64,000 nt of DNA from assembly GCA_964512265.1 (NCBI GenBank), contig CAZEHR010000014.1, positions 23,765 through 87,764 on the forward strand, given 5' to 3'. A program made the position numbers and the translations under genes. Positions 20,179 through 31,049 of the stretch are shown here, piece after piece. Positions within the stretch are counted from its first letter, which is position 1; every line of letters starts with the position of its first letter. The notes under the pieces were generated by a model that did no database searches, was not told the origin of the DNA, and saw only the letters and a list, made by a program, of their open reading frames with translations. This stretch comes from an uncultured Sphingobium sp. GTDB lineage: Bacteria; Pseudomonadota; Alphaproteobacteria; Sphingomonadales; Sphingomonadaceae.

Positions 20179-20264
20179 GCGAACTCCGGCAAGGCGGGCT
20201 GGGTTGGCGCCCGCCTTAGCCGGTTTTCTCAGCCATCGCATCCGCCATTAGGATCTGGCAGAGC

Positions 20265-20900
20265 TTATTTCTTCTCCGGGGCCAGCGTGATCCTCACCGT
20301 CTCGCCCGATTTGCCGGGGAAGTTGACGAACATGGCATCAATGAGGTTCGGCACCAGATAGGTGAGCTTGTTGCTGAGCGACTGCGCCTCGGCCTTGCCC
20401 TCGAACAGACGCTGGCCGCCATTGGCGCGGTCTATGCGCAGGTCCAGCGTCCCTGTGTAGACGGTGTAGCTTTCAACCTCGGCATAGCCAGATCCAAACA
20501 TGAACGGATCGTAGAAACCCCAGTGATAGGGGTGGCCCCAATAGCCATAGCGCCCAAAGCCGCGATAAAAGGGATCGGGCGCAAAGCCGGTAGAGCGCAC
20601 GCGCTCCCGCCCATTGTCGACACCATAGCGCATCCGCACAACAAGGTCCGCGCGCGCGGCATCTTCGGCCGGGACATAGCCCACGCCGCCCAGCTTGTGC
20701 GCCAGCATCGAGGCATATTGGCCGAATTCCAGCCCTCCTGCGAGGCGGGGATCATCGGCGACGATGGTGAAGGTTTGTCCCTGCGGTGCAGGCAACTGCT
20801 GGAAGCGGGCGACATCCGCCTTGAAGCGTTCGGCGCAACCGGCGGTCAGCAGCAGGGCCGCGCTCGCAAGCGCTATGCCGAGGGCTTTGTTCTTTTTCAT
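20265..20900 (-). CDS. DUF4136-family lipoprotein
   Basis: Lipobox LLTAGC; aromatic/Gly-rich central region; LRIDR...LFEG...FPG C-terminus. Confidence 0.75.
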   Translation of the reverse strand: MKKNKALGIALASAALLLTAGCAERFKADVARFQQLPAPQGQTFTIVADDPRLAGGLEFGQYASMLAHKLGGVGYVPAEDAARADLVVRMRYGVDNGRERVRSTGFAPDPFYRGFGRYGYWGHPYHWGFYDPFMFGSGYAEVESYTVYTGTLDLRIDRANGGQRLFEGKAEAQSLSNKLTYLVPNLIDAMFVNFPGKSGETVRITLAPEKK

Positions 20901-21019
20901 GGTCTCTCTCCTCGCCGCCGCTCCGGGGCGGCGCGGCGTGCAAATTCAGGATGCGATAGTGATATAACGCAACTGAACCGCATTTGAACGAACTCGTTTC
21001 GCCCGAGGTTCCAACCGGC

Positions 21020-22024
21020 TCAGCGCATGAGGCCCATTGCGTCGTAAGCCGCCCGCAAGGTGGGTTCCGCCGCCACGGAGGCTTTCGCAGCGCCCTTTTC
21101 GAGGATGGCGTCCAGCGCGGCATGGTCATCCTTCAGCGCCACATAGCGATCGCGAATCGGGGCGAGCGCGCTCACCAGCAAATCCGCCAGTGCGGGCTTG
21201 AACGCGCCGAAGCCCTGCCCCGCGAATTGCGCACACACCGCGTCGGCGCTTGTGCCCGCCATTGCGGCGTAGATGCCGACGAGGTTCTGCGCCTCGGGCC
21301 GCCCCTCCAGCGCTTTTGCCTCGCTGGGAAGAGGTTCGGGATCAGTCTTCGCCTTGCGCACCTTCTGGGCGATCGCATCGTTGTCGTCGGTCAGGTTGAT
21401 GCGGCTCTGGTCCGACGGGTCCGACTTCGACATCTTGGCTGATCCATCGCGCAGGCTCATGATCCGCGCCGTCTCCTTGGGGATGATCGGATCGGGCAGG
21501 GTGAAGACCTCGCGCTCGAAATCGGTGTTGAACTTGATCGCGATGTCGCGCGTCAACTCCAGATGCTGCTTCTGGTCCTCGCCCACCGGAACATGCGTCG
21601 CCTGATAGAGCAGCACGTCAGCCGCCTGGAGCACAGGATAGGCGAACAAACCCACAGACGCGCTTTCGCGGTTCTTGCCCGCCTTGTCCTTGAATTGCGT
21701 CATGCGGTTGAGCCAGCCGATCCGCGCGGTGCCGTTCAGCAGCCAACACAGCTCGGCATGGGCGGGAACGCGTGCCTGATTGAACAGCACGGACCGATCC
21801 GGGTCGATCCCGCAAGCGACCAGCGCCGCCGCCATCTCGCGCACATTGGCGAGGCGTTGCTCGCGCCCCTCGTGCACCGTGATCGAGTGCATATCCGCAA
21901 GGAAAAAGAAGGACTGGGATGTTGAGTCCATCTCATTCTGCATTTTCACCCAGTTGCGGATCGCGCCGAGATAATTGCCAAGGTGCAGATTGCCGGTGGG
22001 CTGGATGCCGGAAAGGACGCGCAT
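21020..22024 (-). CDS. trpS: Tryptophanyl-tRNA synthetase
   Basis: [13 protein letters not shown] (HIGH), [15 protein letters not shown]; real start at 22024, not 22948. Confidence 0.98.
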   Translation of the reverse strand: MRVLSGIQPTGNLHLGNYLGAIRNWVKMQNEMDSTSQSFFFLADMHSITVHEGREQRLANVREMAAALVACGIDPDRSVLFNQARVPAHAELCWLLNGTARIGWLNRMTQFKDKAGKNRESASVGLFAYPVLQAADVLLYQATHVPVGEDQKQHLELTRDIAIKFNTDFEREVFTLPDPIIPKETARIMSLRDGSAKMSKSDPSDQSRINLTDDNDAIAQKVRKAKTDPEPLPSEAKALEGRPEAQNLVGIYAAMAGTSADAVCAQFAGQGFGAFKPALADLLVSALAPIRDRYVALKDDHAALDAILEKGAAKASVAAEPTLRAAYDAMGLMR

Positions 22025-22041
22025 GTGTCTGGTCTTTCGTT

Positions 22042-23619
22042 CTATCTGCGGCGCGTGATTAGCGCCTTCAATTCGGACAGGCGATAGGCGCCCGACGCGA
22101 AAATCGCGCCCGCATAGACCATCGCGCCCCCGCCGCACAACAGGGAGAGCGCGAGGAGGCGGCCGAAAAAGCCGCCGGTCATATGCTGGTCGGCAAAGGG
22201 CGCGGTGAACCAGAGCGCGACGCCCATGATCGCGCTTGCCGCGATGATGCGCATGCCCCGGCTGAGCAGCCGCGCATCCGCCTGCAGATGGTCGTCGCGA
22301 TGCAGCAGGTAATACAGGATTATGACGTTGACCCAGGCCGAGAAGGCAGTGGCGGCCGCCACGCCAACATGGCCCAGCGGCCAGATCAGGATCAGGTTGC
22401 CGACAAGGTTGAACAGCATCGAAAACAGCGCGACGCGCACCGGCGTTTTCGTGTCCTGCCGGGCATAAAATCCGGGCGTCAGCACCTTGATCAGCACATA
22501 GGCGGGCACGCCCAGCGCAAACACCGCCAGCGCCGAAGCCGCGCCAACCGTATCCTGCGCCGTGAAAACGCCGTGCTGGAGCAAGCCACGGATCAGCGGC
22601 GTCGCCGCCACACACAGCGCCACCGCAGCGGGCAGCGCGAGGAACAGCGCCAGCTCGATCGCGCGGTTTTGCGTTTCCTTGGCCGCGCTCTCGTTGCCCG
22701 AGCCGATCTGGCGGGACAGCGCGGGCAGGATCGCGGTGCCCACGCCGATGCCGATCAGGCCGAGCGGCAGCTGGTTCAGCCGGTCCGCATAATAGAGATA
22801 GCTCACCGCGCCTTCCTTCAGGAACCGCGCGGCCAGCGAGGTCGATATCAGCAGGTTGAACTGGATCGCCCCCTGCCCCAACGCGGCGGGCAGGATCAGC
22901 AGCAGCATCTGCTTCACGCGCGGAGTGATGCGCGGCATGCGCGGCCAAAGCACTACGCCCTCACGCGCGCAGGCCCACATCAGCCACAAAAGCTGCATTG
23001 CGCCGGATACCGTTACGGCTACCGCTTGCGTATAGCTCGTCTCCACCGGCGTCTCGCCCCGGAAGAACAGCACAGCCGCGATCATGCAGACATTCAGCAA
23101 TATCGGCGCGGCGGCATTGACCCAGAAGCGATCGAGCGAGTTCAGGATTCCGCCCAGCAGCGAGACGATGGAGATGAGCGCGAGATAGGGGAAGGTGATG
23201 CGCGTCAGGTCCACCGCCAGCGCGAACTTTTCCGGCCCGCCATCAGGAAAGCCGCCGGTCATCGCCCAGACGATCTGCGAAGCGAAGGCCATCATGACAA
23301 GCGTGAAGACTATCAGGAACGGGAACAGTACGGAGAGCACCTGCCCGGCAAACAGCACCGCTGCCGCCTTGCCAGCGCCAGGCTTCTCAGCGTCGGCGTC
23401 GGCCATCGTCCGGTTGAACATCGGCACGAACGCGGCGGAAAAGGCGCCTTCCGCGAACAACGCGCGAAAAAGGTTGGGTAGCCGCCAGGCGATCAGGAAC
23501 GCGTCCGACGCCAGCCCCGCGCCCAGATACCGCGCGACCAGCATGTCGCGCACCATGCCGAGCACCCGGCTGACCAGCGTGAGCGCGCCGATGGTGCCCG
23601 AAGCGCGGAGCAGGCCCAT
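22042..23619 (-). CDS. murJ: Lipid II flippase MurJ (MviN)
   Basis: [43 protein letters not shown]. Confidence 0.96.
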   Translation of the reverse strand: MGLLRASGTIGALTLVSRVLGMVRDMLVARYLGAGLASDAFLIAWRLPNLFRALFAEGAFSAAFVPMFNRTMADADAEKPGAGKAAAVLFAGQVLSVLFPFLIVFTLVMMAFASQIVWAMTGGFPDGGPEKFALAVDLTRITFPYLALISIVSLLGGILNSLDRFWVNAAAPILLNVCMIAAVLFFRGETPVETSYTQAVAVTVSGAMQLLWLMWACAREGVVLWPRMPRITPRVKQMLLLILPAALGQGAIQFNLLISTSLAARFLKEGAVSYLYYADRLNQLPLGLIGIGVGTAILPALSRQIGSGNESAAKETQNRAIELALFLALPAAVALCVAATPLIRGLLQHGVFTAQDTVGAASALAVFALGVPAYVLIKVLTPGFYARQDTKTPVRVALFSMLFNLVGNLILIWPLGHVGVAAATAFSAWVNVIILYYLLHRDDHLQADARLLSRGMRIIAASAIMGVALWFTAPFADQHMTGGFFGRLLALSLLCGGGAMVYAGAIFASGAYRLSELKALITRRR

Positions 23620-23642
23620 GGCGTCAGCGCGCCCTGTTGGCG

Positions 23643-24152
23643 TCAGGCGTTACCGACAACCGGCTCGCCGTCCTGCCCCTGAGCGGCCTGCTGCGCCTGA
23701 AGCTGTTGCAGGTAGAGGCCATTGAAGTCGATCGGGTCGAGGATCAGCGGCTGGAATCCGCCATCGCGAATCGCATCCGCCAGCACGCGGCGGGCGAAGG
23801 GAAACAGCAGGCGCGGCGCCTCGGCAAAGAGGAACGGGTGGATCTGATCCTCCGGCACATTGCGGATGCCGAACAGACCGGCATAGGTGAGCTCGGTCGC
23901 GAAGGCCGTGCCCTGCGCCATCTTCGCCTTGACCTCGACCTTGAGCGCGACTTCATAGACGTCGTCGCCTGGGCGCTCGGACGCGATGTTGAACTGCACG
24001 TCGATGTCCGGCTGTTCCTGCCACTGGTAGACAGCTGGGGCGTTGGGGTTCTCGAACGACAGATCCTTCACATATTGCGTGAGCAGCCCGATGGCAGGCG
24101 AGGTGTCTGCGCCATTGGCAAGCGGTTCGGCGGAGGTGGCGTCTTCGGCCAT
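23643..24152 (-). CDS. secB: Protein-export chaperone SecB
   Basis: QYVKDLSFENP, APRLLFPFAR, LDPIDFNGLY. Confidence 0.96.
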   Translation of the reverse strand: MAEDATSAEPLANGADTSPAIGLLTQYVKDLSFENPNAPAVYQWQEQPDIDVQFNIASERPGDDVYEVALKVEVKAKMAQGTAFATELTYAGLFGIRNVPEDQIHPFLFAEAPRLLFPFARRVLADAIRDGGFQPLILDPIDFNGLYLQQLQAQQAAQGQDGEPVVGNA

Positions 24153-24355
24153 GGTGATCGTCTTTCCTCAATGAAATGCTGGGGGGCACCGGCATGCCGC
24201 CACCCGTCTGCCCGCGCGCTTAGCAGTAGCGGCGAGAGAGGGCAATGCAGACGATACCGGCCTTCTCGCGCTTTTTCGCCGCGCGGGTTTGAAAATCGGG
24301 ATCAGTTTGCCTATGTTGCCTGTTCATCCCCCATCAACCGGGACAGGCCATAACC

Positions 24356-25012
24356 GTGTACATGATCGTCATACTGGCTCTCGCCGCCGCTTTTCTCGCG
24401 CTGCGGCTCTATTCGGTGCTCGGGCGCCGGACGGGGCATGAGCAGCAGCCCGCGCCGCTTCAGCCGGACGACCGTGTTGCGCACAAGCCGCTTCAGCCCG
24501 AGATGCAGGCGAGCGTTGCCGCAGACACCACCCGTTTTGCCAACAGCCTGATCGCGCCCGAGGCAGAGAATGGCGTCCGCGCCATCATCGCGGCGGATCG
24601 TCATTTCGATGTTCCGCAGTTCGTTGAAGGCGCGCGTTCAGCTTATGGAATGATCCTGGAAGCCTTCTGGAAGGGCAAGCGTGACGAGCTGCGCTGGCTA
24701 TGCGATTCGGATGTCGCGCAGTCCTTCGAGGATGCGATCGCGGCGCGTGAGGAAGCGGGCGAGGTGATGGACAATCGCCTGGTGCGGATCGAGAAAGCGC
24801 AGATCGTTGACGCTGCCGTTCATGGGCGCACCGCCCATGTCACCGTGCGCTTCGATGCGGACATCGCGGCCGTAACCCGCAACCAGGAGGGTGCGGTCAT
24901 CGCCGGTTCGATGAGCGATGCCGTCGCCACGCACGATCTCTGGACCTTCTCGCGCGAGATCGGCCATGCCGACCCCAACTGGAAATTGAGCGAAACCGAC
25001 GAGGCCGCGTAA
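24356..25012 (+). CDS. Tim44/TimA family protein
   Basis: LYSVLGRRTGHE, FVEGARSAYGMI, DLWTFSR...PNWKL. Confidence 0.88.
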   Translation: MYMIVILALAAAFLALRLYSVLGRRTGHEQQPAPLQPDDRVAHKPLQPEMQASVAADTTRFANSLIAPEAENGVRAIIAADRHFDVPQFVEGARSAYGMILEAFWKGKRDELRWLCDSDVAQSFEDAIAAREEAGEVMDNRLVRIEKAQIVDAAVHGRTAHVTVRFDADIAAVTRNQEGAVIAGSMSDAVATHDLWTFSREIGHADPNWKLSETDEAA

Positions 25013-25014
25013 GC

Positions 25015-26292
25015 GTGGCGAAGGTTCGGCGCAGCATGGTCGGCCGCGCTGTGGCCGTGGTAGGGGGCGCTTTGCTGCTCTCTGCGTGCGCAGGCGGCAT
25101 CATCCCGCCCTCGCGTGGCCCTGCGCCCGCTCCCGCCCCAAAAGCTCCCCGCACGCCCCCGCCGAAGCCGGTGCCGGTCCCCCCGCGCCCGGCGACGCCA
25201 TCCGGCCCCGTCGCGCCGACCGCCTCCACCGACACGGCGCTCACCGCCGGTCTCGTATCGGGTCCGGCGCTGGGCGAACTGGTGCGCCAGAACGAGCGCA
25301 CGGTCGCCGCGCTCGCCGCGTTCCGTATCTCCTGCCCCTCGCTGATGCGCCGCACGGATCAGTCCGGCCTTACGCAGGGGCAGGACTGGGCGCCAGCGTG
25401 CGCCGCCGCCGCGAGCTGGCCCACCGAGACTGCCGCCGATTTCTTTCTTCGGTATTTCGAGGCGGCCCAGGTTGGCAATGGCGCTGCCTTCGCCACCGGC
25501 TATTACGAGCCAGAGATTGCGGGATCGAGAGTCCCCGGCGCAGCCTATCAGGTGCCGATCTATCGCCGCCCGCCCGATCTGATCGACGTCGATTTGGGCC
25601 AGTTCAGCGATAGCCTCAAGGGCAAGACCATCCGCGGCAGGGTGGAAGGGCAGAAGTTCATCCCCTATTTCGCGCGGGCAGACATTGTGGACGGAAGCGC
25701 GCTATCCACCAGAGGGCTGGAGCTGGCCTGGGCGGCGGATCCGGTCGAGTTCTTCTTTCTCCAGGTTCAGGGCAGCGGGCGGTTGCGCCTGCCGGATGGC
25801 GGCGTCATGCGCATCGGCTATGACGGGCAGAACGGCCGCGACTATACCGGCATCGGCAAGCTGATGAAGGATCGCGGGCTGATCCAGGCCGGTTCGATGC
25901 AGGATATCATGGCCTATCTGCGCGCCAACCCCGAGGAGGGCCGCAGGATCATGAACGAGAACAAGAGCTTCGTGTTTTTCAAGGAAATCACGGGCGCCGG
26001 GCCGCTGGGCGCGCTTGGCCTGCCGGTGACAGCCGAAGCCACGGTCGCGGCCGACCCGCGCTATGTGTCGCTCGGCGCGCCGGTGCTGCTCTCTGTGGAC
26101 CCCAGCGAAGCCAATGGTGTCTGGATCGCGCAGGATACCGGCGGCGCGATCAAGGGTGCGAACCGCTTCGACACCTTCTGGGGCGCGGGTGAGCGCGCAC
26201 GCACGATCGCCGGTGGCATGTCGGCGCGCGGCACGTCATGGGTGCTGTTGCCCATCGGCACTGTGGCGCGGATCAACGCTTCGGCGCGATAA
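25015..26292 (+). CDS. mltA: Membrane-bound lytic murein transglycosylase A
   Basis: Lipobox LSAC; TGYYEP, FFLQVQGSG, AQDTGGAIKG, RFDTFWG. Confidence 0.93.
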   Translation: MAKVRRSMVGRAVAVVGGALLLSACAGGIIPPSRGPAPAPAPKAPRTPPPKPVPVPPRPATPSGPVAPTASTDTALTAGLVSGPALGELVRQNERTVAALAAFRISCPSLMRRTDQSGLTQGQDWAPACAAAASWPTETAADFFLRYFEAAQVGNGAAFATGYYEPEIAGSRVPGAAYQVPIYRRPPDLIDVDLGQFSDSLKGKTIRGRVEGQKFIPYFARADIVDGSALSTRGLELAWAADPVEFFFLQVQGSGRLRLPDGGVMRIGYDGQNGRDYTGIGKLMKDRGLIQAGSMQDIMAYLRANPEEGRRIMNENKSFVFFKEITGAGPLGALGLPVTAEATVAADPRYVSLGAPVLLSVDPSEANGVWIAQDTGGAIKGANRFDTFWGAGERARTIAGGMSARGTSWVLLPIGTVARINASAR

Positions 26293-26840
26293 TGCCGCCA
26301 CGGCGCCTCAGCCCTGAGGAACGGGAGATCTGGGCGCGGCTGGCGCGCAGCGTGACGCCGCTGCCGGGGCGGGCAGTTGATCCGACTATGTCAGAGCCTG
26401 TTCCCCAGAGTCACCGCGTGGCTGCCCCGGTTTCAGCGCCCTCTCTTCCGCCACCTGCAGAACGGCAGCCGCCGCCGCGCCGTGCGCCGACGCCAGTGCT
26501 CGACACGAGCTGGGAACGCCGCATCACCAACGGCACGCTCGCGCCCGATGTCACGATAGACCTGCATGGTCACACGCTCGATGCCGCGCATCAGCGACTC
26601 AATCACGCGCTCAGTCATTCCGTCGCGCGCGGGCACAGGGTGCTGCTGGTGGTGACGGGCAATCCGCGCCCGGCGCATGTCGGCCCGCTGGGGCACAAGG
26701 CACGCGGCGCGATCCGCGCGGAAATCGGGGATTGGCTGGCACTCTCCGGGCATGCCGATGCCATCGCCAGCGTGCGCGCCGCCCACCCGCGCCACGGTGG
26801 CAAGGGCGCGCTCTATATCATCCTGCGGCGGAAGGGCTGA
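26292..26840 (+). CDS. Smr/MutS2 domain protein
   Basis: IDLHGHT, LVVTG, HGGKGALYIILRR. Confidence 0.9.
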   Translation: MPPRRLSPEEREIWARLARSVTPLPGRAVDPTMSEPVPQSHRVAAPVSAPSLPPPAERQPPPRRAPTPVLDTSWERRITNGTLAPDVTIDLHGHTLDAAHQRLNHALSHSVARGHRVLLVVTGNPRPAHVGPLGHKARGAIRAEIGDWLALSGHADAIASVRAAHPRHGGKGALYIILRRKG

Positions 26841-28622
26841 TCAAACCATGGCTTTGAACTTGCGGCTCGTGGCCAGCAGCTCGTCGTAGGTCCCCTGTTC
26901 GGCCAGCCCGCCCTTGTCCAGCATGAAGATCTGGTCGCATGGGCGCACGGTCGTCAGCCGGTGGGCGATCATGATAATCGTCTTCTGATGGCTCAAGGCC
27001 TGCACCGATTCCATCACGGCCTTTTCGGTCAGCGTGTCGAGCGCGCTGGTCGCTTCATCGAGCACCAGCACGGAAGGATCGCGATAGAGCGCGCGCGCGA
27101 TGCCGATGCGCTGGCGCTGGCCGCCCGACAGGCGCACGCCGCGCTCGCCCACGCGGGTCTCATAGCCCTTGTCCATGTCGTTGACGATGAAATCATGAAT
27201 TTGCGCCATGCGCGCGCATTCCTCGACCTTCGCCATATCGATCGCAGCGGCAGGAACGCCAAGTGCAATGTTTTCCGCCACGGTGGTATCGGCGAGAAAG
27301 ATCGTCTGGGGAACATAGCCCAGCGCCTGCTGCCAGCTCGGCAGATTATGTTCGTCTATAGCCACGCCGTCCACGAGGATGCGGCCCTCTGACGGGCGCA
27401 ACAGGCCAAGGATGATGTCCACGAGAGTCGTTTTGCCCGCGCCCGTGCCGCCGACAAGACCCACCGAGGTGCCGACGCCAATGCGCAGCGTGATGCCTTC
27501 GATCGCCGTCTTGCGCATATTAGGGTAGGAAAAGCCGATATTGTCCAGCACGATCTCCTGCTGCGGGAGCATCGCCGGGGCGGATGCGGGGCGCGGCTGG
27601 GGTGGCTCGGTCTGCTCGAAGTCATCACGTATGGCGTTGAGCACCGAATCGCCGACCTGCAGGTTGCTGAGGCCGCTGAACACGCGCTGGGCCGAGGGGA
27701 TGAGCTTATAGCCCGCAAGCGCGTAGACGCTGAGGCCCGGCAGCACAAGCGCCGCGCCGCGCCCCGTTGCAAGCAACAGCAGCGCCAGCGTCAGCGCGCC
27801 ACCGATCGCTACTGCCTCGATCAGGTAGCGCGGCGCTTCCGCCAGCGCCTGGCTGATCGCCTGGTGGCGCGCGGCGCGCAGCGATGCGGGGCGGAACTGG
27901 TTAAGATAAACATCTTCCCGGCCCATCAGCTTGATGTCCTTGATACCGCCGATCGCCACCTCGATCGAGGAGAAGCGCTGGTTATTCGCAACCTCCAGAT
28001 CCTGCCCGATGTGCGAGAGCATCTTTTTCGATGCGCGGAAGATCAGCACGTACATCCCGCCGATCACCCCCCCCACGGCCAGCGCGATAAAGGGGTCAAG
28101 CGCCAGCATCACGGCGGTCATCGCGATAACAACCAGCGTATAGGCGATCACATACATGCCCGGCTGGACCACGTAGGAAACGAGCATCTGCGAGTCGGCG
28201 GTAATCTTCTTGGTCAGCTCGCTGCTATGGCGCTGGAGGAAGAAAACATAGGGCTGGCGCAAATAGGTTTCCAGCAGGCGCTCAGCCATCCTGTGCCCGC
28301 TTTTCTGCGCAAACAGGTTCATCAGGAACGTGGTGGCGATGCGGATGATCGCGGCCAGCACCACTATCGCGAAGGCGACAAGACCAAAGGCGAGCAGGAA
28401 GCTGTGATGGTCGGTAAAGCCCAGCCCGTGATAAATAGCGGAGATGGCGGGCTGAATCTCGATCATCTGCGGCCGGCTCAGCACCATGAAGAATGGCAGC
28501 AGCATCGCGATGCCGAAGGTCTCGCTCATCGCCATCAGCACGACCAATATGAGCAGGCGCGCGCCACGCCTTCTGTCCTTGGGCGCGAGCAGCGCCACGG
28601 TGCGGACCATCGTCTTCCACAT
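26841..28622 (-). CDS. ABC exporter (permease + ATPase), PglK/WlaB-like glycan or glycolipid flippase
   Basis: N-terminal TM domain; GGTGAGKTT, LSGGQRQRIGIARALY, DEATSALD, IAHRL. Confidence 0.85.
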   Translation of the reverse strand: MWKTMVRTVALLAPKDRRRGARLLILVVLMAMSETFGIAMLLPFFMVLSRPQMIEIQPAISAIYHGLGFTDHHSFLLAFGLVAFAIVVLAAIIRIATTFLMNLFAQKSGHRMAERLLETYLRQPYVFFLQRHSSELTKKITADSQMLVSYVVQPGMYVIAYTLVVIAMTAVMLALDPFIALAVGGVIGGMYVLIFRASKKMLSHIGQDLEVANNQRFSSIEVAIGGIKDIKLMGREDVYLNQFRPASLRAARHQAISQALAEAPRYLIEAVAIGGALTLALLLLATGRGAALVLPGLSVYALAGYKLIPSAQRVFSGLSNLQVGDSVLNAIRDDFEQTEPPQPRPASAPAMLPQQEIVLDNIGFSYPNMRKTAIEGITLRIGVGTSVGLVGGTGAGKTTLVDIILGLLRPSEGRILVDGVAIDEHNLPSWQQALGYVPQTIFLADTTVAENIALGVPAAAIDMAKVEECARMAQIHDFIVNDMDKGYETRVGERGVRLSGGQRQRIGIARALYRDPSVLVLDEATSALDTLTEKAVMESVQALSHQKTIIMIAHRLTTVRPCDQIFMLDKGGLAEQGTYDELLATSRKFKAMV

Positions 28623-28796
28623 TGCAGACAGTCACTCCATGGGGGCGTTGCTGACCCGTTGGCTTAATATGCTCCCCACAGCACTCAAAGCGCCATTTGG
28701 TGCATATCTGTCAAGACTGTATGCACGATCTCCTGTTGGCAAGTGCGCGTCAACCCGGCATGGAGCGGTAAGGTGCAAGCCGGAGAATGCTGCCGC

Positions 28797-29924
28797 ATGC
28801 GAATAGTGTTTCTCTTCATCGGTGAGGCGCATCAGGCGCTGCACGCGCTGCCCCTCGCGGCGGAGATGCAGGCGCTGGCCCCCGATGTCGAGCTGGAGGT
28901 CGCGGTGGCGAGCGACGCGCACGGCTGGGTGCTGGATCTGGTGCGCAGCGCCTATTCCGGCTTCGCGCCCAAGGTGAAGAAGCTCGCAATCCCGGCCCTT
29001 TCAGCAATTCAGAAGCGGCTCAATGGGGCGGACGACCCGCCGAGGCTGCTCACGTTGCTGCGGCATATCCGCTATTTGCGCGGGTTCGACGCGATCGTGG
29101 TGCCGGAGCGCACGACGACGATCATCCGTCATGTTCTTTCCGATCGCACCCGCCTGATTTTCACGCCGCACGGCGCAGGTGACAAGGCGATCATGCTCGA
29201 TCCGCGCGACCGCTTCTTCGACTTCGTGCTGGTGGCCGGTGAAAAGAGCGAAAAAAGGCTGTTGGAGGCGGGCACGATCACGCCCGGGCGTTATGCCGTC
29301 AACGGCTATGTGAAGCTGGATTTCATGCAGAAGGTGGCGGGGCATCGCCCGCCGCTGTTCGATAACGACCGCCCCACCGTGCTCTATGCGCCGCATTTCC
29401 GGCCGGATCAGTCCTCGTGGGAGACGATGGGCAGGGATATCATCGCGGCGTTCGCGGCGCAGGACCGCTTCAACCTCGTCGTCGCGCCGCATATCCGCCT
29501 GTTTCATCGCGCAAGCAAGGCGACGAAGGCGAAGGTTGAGGCGATGGCAGTGCCGGGCAAGATCATCGTCGATACCGGCTCCAACCGGCTGGTGGACATG
29601 ACCTATACCGGCGGGGCGAACATCTATCTGGGGGACGTCAGCAGCCAGGTGTACGAGTTTCTCGCCACCCCGCGCCCATGCGTGTTCCTCAACGCACACG
29701 GCGCGCACTGGCAGGGCGATCCCAATTTCCTGTTCTGGACGCTGGGGGAAGTGGCGGGAACGGTGCCGACAGCGATGGCCGCGATCGAGCGCGCGGGCTC
29801 CGAGCATCCCCGCTACAGCGCCTTGCAGGCCCAGGCATTGGCATTGTCTGTCGGCGGAGACCCCGCCGGCGCGGCGCGGCGCGGCGCTGAGGCGATCCTG
29901 CACTATCTGCGGCCTTCTGCTTGA
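28797..29924 (+). CDS. CDP-glycerol glycerophosphotransferase (TagB/TagF)-like GT-B protein
   Basis: HGAGDK, VLYAPHFR, GDVSSQVYEFLATPRPCVF resemble TagF LYAPTFR and DYSS..FDF...RP motifs. Confidence 0.6.
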   Translation: MRIVFLFIGEAHQALHALPLAAEMQALAPDVELEVAVASDAHGWVLDLVRSAYSGFAPKVKKLAIPALSAIQKRLNGADDPPRLLTLLRHIRYLRGFDAIVVPERTTTIIRHVLSDRTRLIFTPHGAGDKAIMLDPRDRFFDFVLVAGEKSEKRLLEAGTITPGRYAVNGYVKLDFMQKVAGHRPPLFDNDRPTVLYAPHFRPDQSSWETMGRDIIAAFAAQDRFNLVVAPHIRLFHRASKATKAKVEAMAVPGKIIVDTGSNRLVDMTYTGGANIYLGDVSSQVYEFLATPRPCVFLNAHGAHWQGDPNFLFWTLGEVAGTVPTAMAAIERAGSEHPRYSALQAQALALSVGGDPAGAARRGAEAILHYLRPSA

Positions 29925-29969
29925 GGAAGGCTCTTCTCAAGCGTTGCGGGATGCTTTAGCCGCGAGAGC

Positions 29970-31049
29970 ATGACCAATGATCTCGACATCGGACCGGTGG
30001 CTTTCTCGGGCGAGGGGACTGAGCACGTCTGGGGCATGACTGCGGCCGAACGGGTACGCCGGATGCTGGTGCGCGATGTGCCCGCCGGGGTGGTCATCGC
30101 GCCGGGGCACAGGCTGCACATCAATCAGGATTATGCGTTCGACCCGCTGCTGCTGCGCCTTGCCCTGCGGAAGCCCGGTGTTGCCTTTCACGATGGCGAT
30201 GCGCTGGTGATCGGGCAATTGCCGGAGGATGGCGCACCCGCCGAGCGGGTCGACCTGCGCACATCGCCCGGCTTTTACAACGAGAAGCTGCGCAAGACCG
30301 AGCGACCGTTTGCCATCCGGGTCTCGCCGCAAACGCGCGCGCAGATCGAGAGGGCGAGCTATTTCGGCGCTTATAAGGGCGTGACGGACCTGCTCACCAA
30401 ATATCTCTGGCCCGAACTCGCCTTCCATCTTACCCGCCTCGCCGCCGCATTGAGGATGACGCCCAATATGGTCACCGGCATAGGGGCCATCCTGTGCGTG
30501 CTGGCGACGATCCTGTTCTATCGCGGCGAATATTGGCAGGGGATGGCGGCGGGTTTCGTGTTCATGGTGCTCGATACGGTCGACGGCAAGCTCGCCCGCT
30601 GCACCATCACGTCGAGCAAATGGGGCAATGTGTTCGACCATGGCATCGACCTCGTCCACCCGCCCTTCTGGTGGGCGGCGTGGGGGCTGGGGCTGGCCCA
30701 TGTCGGCCTTGCCCTGCCGGTCGCCACCTTTGCGGCGCTGATGGTGGCGATTGTCGCGGGCTATGTGCTGCAAAGGCTGTGCGAGGGCGTCTTCCTCAAA
30801 TATGCGGGGATGGACATGCATGTCTGGCGGCGGTTCGACAGCTGGTTCCGCCTCATCACCGCGCGCCGCAACCCCAATATGGTGATCCTGCTCGTCAGCC
30901 TGATCGCGGGCAGGCCCGATGTCGGCCTGATCGCGGTGGCATGGTGGACTATCCTTTCGCTGCTAGTGCACATGGGGCAGGTCGTGCAGCTGGTCCAGGC
31001 GCGCAAGGCAGGAAGGCCGATCACCAGCTGGCTGGAGCAACCGCGATGA
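29970..31049 (+). CDS. CDP-alcohol phosphotransferase with soluble N-terminal extension
   Basis: Exact DxxDGxxAR-x8-G-xxx-D-xxx-D motif (DTVDGKLARCTITSSKWGNVFDHGID); TPNMVT. Confidence 0.9.
   Translation: MTNDLDIGPVAFSGEGTEHVWGMTAAERVRRMLVRDVPAGVVIAPGHRLHINQDYAFDPLLLRLALRKPGVAFHDGDALVIGQLPEDGAPAERVDLRTSPGFYNEKLRKTERPFAIRVSPQTRAQIERASYFGAYKGVTDLLTKYLWPELAFHLTRLAAALRMTPNMVTGIGAILCVLATILFYRGEYWQGMAAGFVFMVLDTVDGKLARCTITSSKWGNVFDHGIDLVHPPFWWAAWGLGLAHVGLALPVATFAALMVAIVAGYVLQRLCEGVFLKYAGMDMHVWRRFDSWFRLITARRNPNMVILLVSLIAGRPDVGLIAVAWWTILSLLVHMGQVVQLVQARKAGRPITSWLEQPR

Noticed and set aside
22025-22948. Apparent 308-aa N-terminal extension of TrpS
   Set aside because: Alternate-frame overlap with murJ; TrpS homology begins at MRVLSGIQP (22024)
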